Origin: an uncultured Chloroflexia bacterium
Lineage (GTDB): Bacteria; Chloroflexota; Anaerolineae; Anaerolineales; Anaerolineaceae
DNA: 64,000 nt
Direction of reading: 5' to 3'
NCBI GenBank assembly: GCA_963747965.1
Contig: CAVVGZ010000001.1
Span: 223 to 64,222, forward strand
Shown piece after piece: positions 1-10,745 of this stretch (its first letter is position 1; every line of letters starts with the position of its first letter). The notes under the pieces were generated by a model. It saw only the letters and a list, made by a program, of their open reading frames with translations, was not told the origin of the DNA and made no database searches. Both the position numbers and the translations under genes were made by a program.

Positions 1-233
1 TCAGTGTCGTTAAATTGATGACAGATGAACAAAAACAGATTTGATCCATTTGCGGTCCACATATCGTGGGACAGCACACATTTATTAATCCTGGACATTT
101 GGGTGACCAGTATTAAGTTATTGGTCCTGGATTTGACGGCTGCCCAAACGCAAACTTGGGTTCACCCCAACGATCCCTGTCTCCGCAGGAATGGTAGGAT
201 ATCCTAACCGGAGTTCGAAAGGATGAGAATAAC

Positions 234-1605
234 ATGAACGTGCGTTTAGCCTTTTCAGCATTACTGCTCCTGGTAGTCCTCACATTGGCAGGTTGTGTTC
301 CCTCACCGTTGGTCTCGACAATGGAAGAGGGTAATCAATCCGGTTCATTCACCGAAACTACCAAGACCTTGCCTGCAAATATGACCAGTACAACCCATCC
401 ATCTACGGATACACAAACCCAGGCGGAAGAAATCGAACAGGAACCAGGCAGCGACCAGTTGCTGGTCGCCCCAACGCTTGCGCTCACTGCAACTCCCGGC
501 ATAGTTCATTCCGTTGTAGAACAGGTCGTGGAAGGAACCGGCCTTGAAGATGTTCGATTCATTGGATTATCCTCTTCCGATTGGATCAACCTGGCTATCT
601 CCTTGTTCCTGGTGTTTCTCACACTGACCTTGATTGCCAGAGTCATTTTTTCCATCTTAAAGAAAAATCACCAGGCGTACTTCAACGCCTTATGACGAGA
701 TTATACCTAGATTCAATCAAGCGATATTTGCGCTGGCTGTTTGGCGTGATTGTCTTGTATATTGCCACCATGCGCTTGCAGTTCCTCAGCCCTGAATTCA
801 AGCAGTGGATGGGGCAAATATTCTATATTTTTCTTGTCGGACTGATTGTGATTTGCTTGTGGAAGCTGGTGGATATCTTCGCATTTGGTACCAGGAAAAA
901 GTGAAGGAACAGGGTGAGAGAAATGGCAAGGAAGCTGTTCTAATGCTTGGTGAGCGCGCAATTCGCTTCTTATTGGTCCTGGTAGGTGTGATCGTGGTAC
1001 TGGATCACATTGGCTTTAATATCTCTGCGCTCCTTACCGCATTGGTATCGGTGGTCTGGCGTCTTTCTCTGGCTGCCCAGGATACAATTGCCAATATGAT
1101 CAGCGGCGTGATTATCCTGATCGACCAGCCTTTCCGGGTGGGCGATCGTATAGAAATACAGGAGCTGAATACCTGGGGTGATGTGGTCAGCATTGGCTTG
1201 CGGAGTACCCGCATCCGTACGCGCGATAACCGGCTGGTCATTGTACCGAACTCGAGTATTAGCAACAACCAGGTGGTTAATTATACTTTTCCGGATCCGC
1301 GCTACCGCATCCAAACGGATATCGGCGTGGGTTATGGGACAAATCTACGTATTGTGCGCGAATTGATTACTGATGCTTTGCAAGGTGTTGAAGGCATAAT
1401 ACCCGATAAGCCGGTGGATATCCTTTTTTTGGAGTTTGGGGATTCAGAGATGGTCTTACGGGTGCGCTGGTGGATAGAATCCTACATCGACGCCCGCCGC
1501 AGCACAGATCGGGTAAATGAAACCATTTACACAGCGCTTGAGCAGGCAGGAATCGATATGCCTTATCCGACGATGACCGTGGAAATCAAGAAAAATGTTG
1601 AATAA
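234..1605 (+). pseudogene. MscS-family mechanosensitive channel with the reading frame interrupted twice (pieces 234-695, 581-904, 805-1605); either a real pseudogene or assembly indels
   Basis: The three overlapping ORF pieces read as one protein: a lipoprotein-type signal (VLTLAGC), TM helices, then the conserved MscS core (ANMISGVIILIDQPFRVGDRIEI...GDVVSIGLRSTRIRTRDNRLVIVPNS). The second break sits in a T-run at ~886 (gcatttggtacc); one extra T would give DIFAFWYQEKV. The first break is at ~660-700. Confidence 0.7.
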
Positions 1606-1958
1606 AGTAGATGGTCTATGGTTGTCTGCAGCCATCTGCAGCATAAACACCTGTGGTCCCTACGAACGTTAACGAATTCCTCTAGGCTGCACATATATGG
1701 CAGCACTAGGATGATAAAAATTATATGGACATAAACTGCAAATAATTCACAAAAAGGTTTTGTTATGAATGTTCAGGAGGGACTGGTGTTTGAAACCACA
1801 ATTAAAATAAAAATGAAACCATCCATGAGACTTTCCAATCCGTGAATTTAATGCCTCTTAACCACGGATTGGATACGAAATTGGAGAATTTCAGAAAATT
1901 GCGTATTAATGATAATGTATCAAAGATGGATAATCAAAGCATAAAAGGGGAAACAAAA

Positions 1959-2693
1959 ATGAAAGAGAAAGCGGTATTCGACATACTCCTGATGATCGCC
2001 AGGCCTGCCGCTGGAAAAAGCGAGTTAATTAATTATCTCAAGGGGGTTCCTCTAGATGAACGCATAGAACGGTTTCACATCGGTAAATTTAAGGAAATCG
2101 ATGATTTTCCCATGCTCTGGGCCTGGTTTGAGGAAGACGCCCTGCTTGCGAAAATGGGATACCCAAGGCTGCATACCGATTCGGAAGGCTTTTTTCTCGG
2201 GCAGCACCTCTGGGATCTGCTGGTTGAGCGGATCGGGTTGGAATACCAGAAAAACCTGCGGAATATTCCTGCCTATACAGAATCCTTCACGACCATCATT
2301 GAATTTTCACGCGGCAAGGAACATGGCGGGTATAAATCGGCTTTTTCCCATTTATTACCGCAAATGCTGGAGAAAATGGCTGTGGTTTATATTGACGTCT
2401 CATGGGAAGAATCACTGCGAAAGAATCGCAAACGGTTTAATCCGGATAAGCCCGATAGTATTCTGGAACATTCCCTGCCCGATTCAAAATTGGAACATCT
2501 CTATAAGGAAGATGATTGGATGGAAATCAGCCAGGAGTATTCACAATTCTTGACCATTCAGGGAATTCACGTTCCGTATGTCGTTTTTGATAATTCGGAT
2601 GATACGACAACCCTTGGGGGAGATGCATTGGGTGCCAGGCTCGAGCAGGTTTTATCCAGGCTGTGGAGTCTTTATAAAAATCCCATAACATAG
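1959..2693 (+). CDS. P-loop kinase-like protein of unknown function
   Basis: This lies within ORF 1842-2693. The likely start is ATG 1959, preceded by aaagggg. The Walker-A-like ARPAAGKSE resembles the 6-phosphofructo-2-kinase type P-loop. I recognise no closer family. Confidence 0.55.
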   Translation: MKEKAVFDILLMIARPAAGKSELINYLKGVPLDERIERFHIGKFKEIDDFPMLWAWFEEDALLAKMGYPRLHTDSEGFFLGQHLWDLLVERIGLEYQKNLRNIPAYTESFTTIIEFSRGKEHGGYKSAFSHLLPQMLEKMAVVYIDVSWEESLRKNRKRFNPDKPDSILEHSLPDSKLEHLYKEDDWMEISQEYSQFLTIQGIHVPYVVFDNSDDTTTLGGDALGARLEQVLSRLWSLYKNPIT

Positions 2694-2726
2694 TATGGAA
2701 TATGTTTAAATAAAGCATGCCAGGTT

Positions 2727-2757
2727 ACCGAAGATATTTCATCCGCCTTCGGTTTTG
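2727..2757 (+). terminator. candidate rho-independent terminator after the P-loop gene
   Basis: A perfect 7-bp stem accgaag/cttcggt with a 13-nt loop is followed by tttt. Confidence 0.4.
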
Positions 2758-3133
2758 AAATTCAAAAATTCTGCAAGAAGTGCTGAATTACCAGAATCCG
2801 ACCTCGTGCTGCACCGCATGATTAATCATATTAGTGCCATTTGGATCTGGTGTAAGGGATATCCAGATAATAGAGATCAATGTAGATCCAATGAGGTGTA
2901 TTGAAAATACCCTAAAGACTTACTATAATTAAATTAAAGCAACTCCCCAACATTTCCCTTATAAGAAATGGAGGCCGTATGCAACAGTTAGCGTCTCCCC
3001 TTATTGGCTGCCTGGATACAGCCATCCGGGGAATAAAGGGTTTTCATTCCCATTCATCCTGCTGGTAACCCTGGTCCTGACAATAACCGGCGCCTGTGGC
3101 AGGTCTCAGGCGGTTCAACCAGTCCCCACCGGG

Positions 3134-4102
3134 TTGGCCGAAACAATCCCTTCCGGAATAAAAGAAGCTGTCCCTACCGAGACGGTTGTCATAATCCCAT
3201 CTGAAGTTGTCGAAACCATCCCGCCTGAACCGGTTGATACCGTTGCTTCCACGAGTAAACCACAGCTGGGATTGGATGCCGGTGATCATGCCCTTACCAT
3301 GGTCTATGATGGCCTGGAGCGCTCCTATGTACTGCATATCCCGCCAGGTTTAGATCCCTCCCGGGCTGTCCCCCTGGTACTGGCTTTTCACGGCGTCGGC
3401 CTAAATGCCAGTGAAATGATCCGCATCAGCGGGTTCAATGACCAATCCGATACCTCGGGTTTCATCGTTGTCTACCCGGAAGGTACCGGGGATAATAAAT
3501 CCTGGAACGGCGGTCACTGCTGCGGCACAGCCGCCAGGGATAGCGTAGACGATGTTGGCTTTGTGCGCGCCCTGATCGGGGAACTGCTAACAACCCTGCC
3601 GGTCGACCCAAAACAGATCCATGCCACCGGATTCTCAAATGGAGCCATTTTCACATACCGCCTGGCATGTGAATTATCTGATTTAATTGCCTCTTTTGGA
3701 CCTGTCAGTGCCACCCCTGCAGAGGATGATTTGCTAACCTGTGCACCCGGACGCGCTGTGCCCCTCATGCATTTCCATGGGACTGCCGATGACCCCAATC
3801 CCTATAATGGGGGGGAATCGCCTGGCGGTTATTATTTCGTTCCGGTAAATACAGCCATCCAGTTTTGGACTGATTTCAACGGATGCCCGGCTCAGCCGCA
3901 GACCACCGAAACGGGCAGCATTCTGCATGAGATGTATGCTCCTTGTGAATCTGGTTCGGCTGTGGAACTTTATACAATCGCTGACGGCAAACATGCCTGG
4001 CCGGGTGGAGAGGCAGTCAACCTGAAAATGGGTGAACCCAATATGGAAATTTCCGCAACTGCCCTGCTGTGGGATTTCTTCCGTTCCCATCCCATGCCTT
4101 GA
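3134..4102 (+). CDS. secreted PHB-depolymerase-family (LpqC-type) esterase, alpha/beta hydrolase
   Basis: Family motifs are present: ERSYVLHIPPG, PLVLAFHG, NKSWNGGHCCG and DDVGFV, with the nucleophile elbow GFSNG. An in-frame lipoprotein-like signal (FILLVTLVLTITGACG, from 3041) has no in-frame start. An ATG at 2979 is in another frame, so an indel near 3035-3041 is suspected. Confidence 0.8.
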   Translation: MAETIPSGIKEAVPTETVVIIPSEVVETIPPEPVDTVASTSKPQLGLDAGDHALTMVYDGLERSYVLHIPPGLDPSRAVPLVLAFHGVGLNASEMIRISGFNDQSDTSGFIVVYPEGTGDNKSWNGGHCCGTAARDSVDDVGFVRALIGELLTTLPVDPKQIHATGFSNGAIFTYRLACELSDLIASFGPVSATPAEDDLLTCAPGRAVPLMHFHGTADDPNPYNGGESPGGYYFVPVNTAIQFWTDFNGCPAQPQTTETGSILHEMYAPCESGSAVELYTIADGKHAWPGGEAVNLKMGEPNMEISATALLWDFFRSHPMP

Positions 4103-4390
4103 ATTTTTACTTTGAAGCGCTGCCATTTATTCACCTGGATTATCTCCCTGGGAGAAAATGCTATTATATAATTCAGGTAAAATGGTTGATGGTATTGTAT
4201 TGGTGGAAAGGTCCCAGAAGTCCGGGATATCCGGAGGCATATTGAGCTTACAGGATAAAATGAAAGGCACCTGGTCTCAATCTATCTGGAGTCCCATACT
4301 CCGATGATATATTTATTAAAATTACCGGGAAGCTTATCGATTTTTAATAACAAACAGAAATATTGAAACAATGATAAGGATGGAAACATC

Positions 4391-4982
4391 ATGAAATTAA
4401 GATTATTCGTTTTGGTCAGCCTGTTTATTCTCCTATCTATTTTATTTTCTGGTTGCGCGGCTGCCGCAGCCCCCACTGAAAAGGCGCCTGCAGCAACCGA
4501 TATCCCAACAGAACCACCGGGTGAAACAGAAACGAGCGAAGCGGGCGTCCTTCCCACCAGCGTTCAACCCGGCGCTGAACCAGCTTTCCCCCCAGGCCAT
4601 CTCGGCACAGAGGGCGCTCATGCCAGCCTTGCATGTGAATCCTGCCATAAAAATGGGGTATACAAAGGCACACCTTCGTCATGCGCCGCCTGCCACTCCG
4701 AACCAGATTTCCATGTTGGAAAATTCGGCACAGATTGCGCCACATGCCATTCCCCCACTGCCTGGTCATCCGTTGACTACGAGGGACCGCATACAATTCC
4801 CTATGGATCATAATGGTGCAGATGGGCAGTGTGCCACCTGCCATCCTGATGGTCTAACCGCATATACCTGCTTTAACTGCCACAATTCCGAAAAAATTGC
4901 TGACGAGCACGACGAGGAAGGCATCTCAGATATTAATAACTGTGTGGATTGCCATGCGGATGGCCGAAAACCGGATGATTAG
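4391..4982 (+). CDS. small lipoprotein multihaem c-type cytochrome (6 CxxCH); one frame change near 4795
   Basis: It has a signal peptide with lipobox LFSGC and a Pro/Thr/Ala linker. The CxxCH motifs are CESCH, CAACH and CATCH in frame 1, and CATCH, CFNCH and CVDCH in the overlapping ORF 4521-4982. The C-terminal module MDHNGADGQCATCHPDG mirrors the end of the large cytochrome (MDHGGANGECSICHPSG). Confidence 0.7.
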
Positions 4983-5481
4983 GATGACTTTTCCAGTTTG
5001 TTTTCCACTTTTCCAGCAGCGCCTTGATCCATTCCCATATGGACTCCCTCGCTCATCCGAACCGTAATAAGTCTCAGTGTCATTGCTAGGCCTGGCTGAA
5101 AACAGACCGGTTCGACTCAATAAAAAAATCTTTGACAATGCCCCGGAAAGGAATGAGAAACCAGCAATTGATTCATGCCGGTTTTTCATCGACAGCACAG
5201 AATGGTTCCAAAGAATAGGAATAATCGGATCCACCACACTCAAAATCCGAATACGGAATCAATCTTTTAAGGCAGCCCGCCTGGGTACTATTCCCAGAGC
5301 AGTCGAATAGACGTTCTTCGGAATATTTAACCAGAATCAGGCTAACGGTCCGTATTCTGAATCATCACAGGATATTAGACCGTCCGTTAGGCTGGATGAA
5401 AGTAAGGCGGGGATAAAAATCCCGGTTAGCAGCAAGGGGTTATTCAAATCAATGATTACGGAAAATATCCGTTTAAATAAT

Positions 5482-5521
5482 TTATCCCAGATTGTAGCCT
5501 CGAGATAACAATCTGGGATAA
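5482..5521 (-). terminator. terminator hairpin after the sugar ABC operon
   Basis: A perfect 14-bp inverted repeat ttatcccagattgt/acaatctgggataa with a 12-nt loop lies 20 nt past the permease stop. It is followed on the minus strand by auuauuuaaac. Confidence 0.55.
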
Positions 5522-5541
5522 ATATAAGTCCGTTTATGGAT

Positions 5542-6591
5542 TTAGCCTTTCACCCGGGTCCTGTATGAGCTGATCAAGACGGCCAGGAACACAATGATGC
5601 CGCGCACCACAAATTGGAGGTAAATATCGAAATTTAAAAGAGTCATCCCATTCGAAATCACACCCATGAAAATGACACCCAGTAATGTGCCCCAGACTTT
5701 TCCGATACCGCCAGTGAAACTGGTACCGCCAATAATCACCGCCGCGATCACATCCAGTTCCCAACCCCGGCCAAAGCTGAAAGAACCAGCCAAAACCTGG
5801 CCCGCAGTCATAATACCGGATATTACGGCCAGGAGCTGCACACTGATGAAACAGAACACCTTAATCCGGCCCACATTGATACCGCTCAATCGGGCAGACT
5901 CCGCATTGCCACCCACCGCATATATCGACCGGCCGATAGTCGTATAGTCCATAATATAGTAAACAACCAGAAAAGAAACGATCAATATAAGCGCTGGAAC
6001 TGGGATCCCGGCGACTTTAATGCCCTCAGGCAGGTTGTTGACAATCCAGGCAGGAATAGGAATTCTGGCTCCGCCAAGGCTATTAAACCATTCCGGGTAC
6101 TGGTTGGCAATTGGGAAACCACCGCTGATCATACCCGCCAGGCCATAGAGCACATTTAATGAAACCAGTGTGACGATAAACGGCGGCATACCTGCCTTAT
6201 GGGAGAAAACTCCATGGAACCATCCTATTCCAACCGCCAGCAAAATAGAAATTGCTATTCCGATAAAACAGGCAGTATTTAAATCCATTCCACTGGCTGT
6301 TAAATCACGGCAGCAGCGTGCCACAATTACACCCGATAATGCAACCGTTGAGCCGATCGAAAGGTCAATCAAACCGGCGATAATCACCATGGTCATGCCA
6401 AAAGCTATCACTCCTTTGAGCGAATTGGCGCGGAAAATATTCATCCAATTCGACCAGGTGGAAAAACCCGAGACACTTAATGCCAGAGAAACGATCAGGG
6501 CAATTAAAATCACTTCAATGGCATGATCAAGTAAAAATATCCTCACCTTCTTTCGATCAAACATCTGTCCGTTGGCAGTTAGCATACCCAT
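5542..6591 (-). CDS. sugar ABC transporter permease (RbsC/AraH family)
   Basis: The protein is polytopic, 349 aa, with the family-typical C-terminal segment IIGGTSFTGGIGKVWGTLLGV. Confidence 0.9.
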   Translation of the reverse strand: MGMLTANGQMFDRKKVRIFLLDHAIEVILIALIVSLALSVSGFSTWSNWMNIFRANSLKGVIAFGMTMVIIAGLIDLSIGSTVALSGVIVARCCRDLTASGMDLNTACFIGIAISILLAVGIGWFHGVFSHKAGMPPFIVTLVSLNVLYGLAGMISGGFPIANQYPEWFNSLGGARIPIPAWIVNNLPEGIKVAGIPVPALILIVSFLVVYYIMDYTTIGRSIYAVGGNAESARLSGINVGRIKVFCFISVQLLAVISGIMTAGQVLAGSFSFGRGWELDVIAAVIIGGTSFTGGIGKVWGTLLGVIFMGVISNGMTLLNFDIYLQFVVRGIIVFLAVLISSYRTRVKG

Positions 6592-6598
6592 AATTGCA

Positions 6599-8101
6599 CT
6601 AATCTCCTCTCATGCAAATTTCATACAGCTCATTGATGTTGATATTATCTGGGTTTACTTCATCAACAATTTTTCCATGCCGCATAATTAAGATCCGGTG
6701 GCAGACTTCCAATAATTCTTCAAGCTCGGTGGAAACAAAAATGGAGGCAATGCCCTTCTTGGCCTGCTCCCACATAATTTCAAATATTTGTTGTTTGGCA
6801 CTCACATCGATGCCCCGGGATGGCTCATCATACAGCATTATCTTGGGGCTGGTGTTCAGCCAGTTTCCCAGCACAACTTTTTGTTGGTTGCCGCCTGATA
6901 AAGAGTTGCAGGAAACATTGATATTTGTGACTTTTATATCCAGTTCTTTTACTTGCTTTTCGGCAAATATATTCCTTCTATTCTTATCTTCAATCAAGCC
7001 TCTGGATGTAAGATTCATACTTGCATAACACAGGTTATCCAGAATCGAATGGATCAGGATCAAACCTTCCAATTTGCGGTTTTCTGGTGTAAGGCCAACC
7101 CCGGAATTTTTCATTTGTATGGGGTTCGTATGTTTATAAGACTTGCCTTCGATAATGACTTCACCGTTATCCGGCGGATCTGCACCAAAAATTCCGCGCA
7201 GCAATTCCGTGCGTCCCGATCCAAGCATCCCGGCGATACCTAATACCTCTCCCCGTTTAAGGTTGAAATTTACATTCTGGTAGCGCCCCTTGCGGTTTAA
7301 GTCTTTAACTTCCATAACGATTTCTTCATTGACCTGAAAGTCTTTCGGACGGCTTTGAATTTTTACCTCGCCAAACATCATATCAATAATATCTTTGTGT
7401 TGGATTTCTTTCATCTTGACGGTACCAACCAATCGACCATCACGCAGCACGGATACTGTATCAGCGATTTGGGGTAATTCCTGTAACTTATGGGTAATAT
7501 AGATGACGATAACGCCTTGATCACGCAACGCGCGCACTGCGTCAAAGAGGCTCTGGACTTCATTTTGAGCCAGGGCTGAAGTTGGTTCATCTAACAAGAT
7601 CGCTTGAGGGTTAAAGCTGAGGGCTTTGGTGATTTCAACTACCTGCGCCTGCCACATACTCAAGCGGTACAAAGGTGTTAGCGGATCAATATTGGCCTTC
7701 ATCTTTTGCAGCAACTCACCAGCCATCTGGTTGGTTTTTTGCCAATCGATCGTACCATATCTCTTTGGTAGCCGGCCTAAAAAAATATTTTCGGCTACCG
7801 ACAGCCAGGGGATCAGGCTCATTTCCTGATAGACCGTTACAATGCCTTTTTCGTATGCTCCGGCCGTGTCATTAAAGTGAAGTTTATTCTCGTTGAGGAA
7901 AATTTCACCGGATGTTGGCTGAACCGCACCGCCGAAAATTTTGATCAGGGTGGATTTCCCGGAACCATTTTTTCCCACCAGAGCATTGACCTGCCCGCTG
8001 GTAAAAGATATGGATACCTCGTCAAGGGCTCGGGTTCCGGGATAATCTTTAGTAATGTGGTCTGCCCTTAATATTAAATCGCTCACCTTGTCAACCTCCA
8101 A
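6599..8101 (-). CDS. sugar ABC transporter ATP-binding protein with duplicated ABC domains (RbsA/MglA type)
   Basis: Walker A is GKNGSGKST and the second-domain signature is LSGGNQQKV. The protein is 500 aa with two nucleotide-binding domains. Confidence 0.9.
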   Translation of the reverse strand: MEVDKVSDLILRADHITKDYPGTRALDEVSISFTSGQVNALVGKNGSGKSTLIKIFGGAVQPTSGEIFLNENKLHFNDTAGAYEKGIVTVYQEMSLIPWLSVAENIFLGRLPKRYGTIDWQKTNQMAGELLQKMKANIDPLTPLYRLSMWQAQVVEITKALSFNPQAILLDEPTSALAQNEVQSLFDAVRALRDQGVIVIYITHKLQELPQIADTVSVLRDGRLVGTVKMKEIQHKDIIDMMFGEVKIQSRPKDFQVNEEIVMEVKDLNRKGRYQNVNFNLKRGEVLGIAGMLGSGRTELLRGIFGADPPDNGEVIIEGKSYKHTNPIQMKNSGVGLTPENRKLEGLILIHSILDNLCYASMNLTSRGLIEDKNRRNIFAEKQVKELDIKVTNINVSCNSLSGGNQQKVVLGNWLNTSPKIMLYDEPSRGIDVSAKQQIFEIMWEQAKKGIASIFVSTELEELLEVCHRILIMRHGKIVDEVNPDNININELYEICMRGD

Positions 8102-8189
8102 TATGCCTTCTCGAATGGATAGCCAGTTCTCAAGAAAATGATGGCAAGTTTTTTACAATTAATATTTTATTCTTTTTTGTCAGTTTTTG

Positions 8190-8224
8190 AAACAGGGAGA
8201 CTTTTCTAAGAAGCCTCCCTGTTT
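8190..8224 (-). promoter_or_regulatory. intercistronic stem-loop between the binding-protein and ATPase genes
   Basis: A perfect 10-bp stem aaacagggag/ctccctgttt with a 15-nt loop. There is no U-tract on the minus strand, so it is more likely an mRNA-stabilising or attenuating hairpin than a full terminator. Confidence 0.4.
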
Positions 8225-8251
8225 AATGGTAGGGTTAATCAAGAGGAACTA

Positions 8252-10322
8252 CTAGGGAATGGGTAATGCTTCCAACGCATTATCCACACGCCAGGTATTG
8301 ACTGCTTCCTTATCATCCGCAGAGAGCAGGATTCCCGGAGCAATGGTCAGCTTGCCAACAGATTCACCCGGTTTTCCCATCAGGAAGTTGATCAGATCGG
8401 TCATGGCAGCCACACCCTGACCATAGGGGTCCTGGGCAATTGCGGCCTGTAAATCGCCATCAATGATCAATTGGGTGATCTGGTCGGAACCATCATAACC
8501 AAACACGGCGATTTGACCAGTCAGTCCAGCCTGTTTGACAGCCAGGGCTGCCCCAATGGTGCCGCCTTCATTGCAGGCAAAGAGCACCTGGATATCAGGA
8601 TTGGCCGTCAGCATATCGGCGGTGGCGGTGAGGGCAGCATCCTGGAGGGGAGCGCTCTGGTGGGCAACCACTTCATACTCAACGTTGGCTTTCTTCAGGG
8701 CGCTCTCAAAGCCGCCGTAGCGCAGTGAGGATTCTTCAGGCTTTTGAGCATCGTAATCGATGATGCCAACCTTGATCGGTCCGGTCAGATTGTTATCCTG
8801 AATGTACTTCACCGCGGCTTCACCGACTGCTTCGCCGTTGGCGGTGTTGTCACTCTCGTAACCACCGGCAACGAAGGAAACATCCGTAAATCCGCCGGAG
8901 TTTGTAAGTGCAACTACAACACCCTGGTCATTGGCCTGCTTGAGCGCTTCAATGGATACAGTCGGGCTCAGCGGGGCAATGGCAATACCGTTGACACCCT
9001 GTGAAATGTAGGTGTTGATCAGCTCCGTCTCTTTGGCCTGGTCATTGCTGGAGTTGCCAATGATAACCTGCTTTGACGCCCAATTCCGCCCCGGCATCCT
9101 GGAAACCTTGCACCATGGACTTCATGAACTGGTCATCCTGGAATACTACACCGGCTACAGTGATATCACCGGCTGCCATCGGAGTCGCCGGCGCTACGGG
9201 AGCCGTCTCATGTCCAGCGGGGATGGGGATTTCATCCAACGCATTATCCACACGCCAGGTATTGACTGCTTCCTTATCATCCGCAGAGAGCAGGATTCCC
9301 GGAGCAATGGTCAGCTTGCCAACAGATTCACCCGGTTTTCCCATCAGGAAGTTGACCAGATCGGTCATGGCAGCCACACCCTGACCATAGGGGTCCTGGG
9401 CAATTGCGGCCTGTAAATCACCATCAATGATCAATTGGGTGATCTGGTCGGAACCATCATAACCAAACACGGCGATTTGACCAGTCAGTCCAGCCTGTTT
9501 GACAGCCAGGGCTGCCCCAATGGTGCCGCCTTCATTGCAGGCAAAGAGCACCTGGATATCAGGATTGGCCGTCAGCATATCGGCGGTGGCGGTGAGGGCA
9601 GCATCCTGGAGGGGAGCGCTCTGGTGGGCAACCACTTCATACTCAACGTTGGCTTTCTTCAGGGCACTCTCAAAGCCGCCGTAGCGCAGTGAGGATTCTT
9701 CAGGCTTTTGAGCATCGTAATCGATGATGCCAACCTTGATCGGTCCGGTCAGATTGTTATCCTGAATGTACTTCACCGCGGCTTCACCGACTGCTTCGCC
9801 GTTGGCGGTGTTGTCACTCTCGTAACCACCGGCAACGAAGGAAACATCCGTAAATCCGCCGGAGTTTGTAAGTGCAACTACAACACCCTGGTCATTGGCC
9901 TGCTTGAGCGCTTCAATGGATACAGTCGGGCTCAGCGGGGCAATGGCAATACCGTTGACACCCTGTGAAATGTAGGTGTTGATCAGCTCCGTCTCTTTGG
10001 CCTGGTCATTGCTGGAGTTGCCAATGATAACCTCTTTGACGCCCAATTCCGCCCCGGCATCCTGGAAACCTTGCACCATGGACTTCATGAACTGGTCATC
10101 CTGGAATACTACACCGGCTACAGTGATATCACCGGCTGCCATCGGTGTCGCCGGCGCTACGGGAGCCGTCTCATGTCCAGCAGCCGGGGGAGTAGTTGGA
10201 GCGGTTTCTTCAGTCGTGGTTTCTGGAGCGGCGGTCGGGGTAGCCGGAGCAGCGCATGCGGTTAAAACCAGTCCAAGCACTACTAACAGGCTAAATAACT
10301 TAAACATGCTTTTCGTAATCAT
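8252..10322 (-). CDS. type-I periplasmic-binding-protein sugar-binding lipoprotein (RbsB-like), internally tandem-duplicated, with a frame change at 9070
   Basis: It has a signal peptide with lipobox LTAC and a Pro/Thr/Ala linker, then a complete PBP domain. A second, nearly identical PBP domain starts at AGHETAPVAPATPMAAG. An extra g at 9070 (aacctGctttgacg versus aacctctttgacg in the first copy) splits the ORF into 9042-10322 and 8252-9097. Confidence 0.8.
8255..9218. repeat. tandem duplication unit, copy 2 (964 bp)
   Basis: Antisense ORFs recur at an offset of exactly 964 nt (8471/9435, 8535/9499, 8744/9708, 9012/9976). Direct reading shows only a few substitutions plus the 1-nt insertion. 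Confidence 0.9.
9219..10181. repeat. tandem duplication unit, copy 1 (963 bp)
   Basis: This copy is head-to-tail with 8255-9218. Identity ends at ...tcatgtccagc (9218 and 10181). Confidence 0.9.
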
Positions 10323-10745
10323 TTTTGTTCTTCTCCTTATATGGTTATATATTGATCACAGTATTTTCTGAAACAATGAATTATCCAATTAAGGCATTTT
10401 TTGGTTTCACCTCCATACCAACCTCCGGATTAATTTGCTATAAATATGCATTGGATTATATTAGCTACTATTATTATGTTAGAAATTAACAAGTACACAA
10501 ATCTATGTTTGTATATTAGCACATAATGTTTATAAATGTCAAGTTAATTGTTCGAGATTTGCAGTATTTTTAAGATTTATTGATTGACATAGAACATTTT
10601 TTTGGTTATAATCAAAAATATCAAGGTGTGATTTAAAATAAGTTATGCTTTCGGGTACGTCAGTTAATTCTTTAATTAAATTATGTGAATAGGATATTGC
10701 TCGACAAAGAGAGAGTGATATAATCGGGCGGGTTGAGGAGATTGA

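Noticed and set aside
180-232. A T-loop-like string (gagttcgaaagg) suggesting a tRNA
   Set aside because: I could not fold an acceptor stem, D-arm or anticodon arm around it, and it lacks the GGTTCGAATCC-type consensus.
8471-9968. Pairs of identical antisense ORFs (8471/9435, 8535/9499, 8744/9708, each 61-86 aa)
   Set aside because: They are opposite-strand shadows of the duplicated binding-protein sequence. Their duplication merely reflects the 964-bp tandem repeat.
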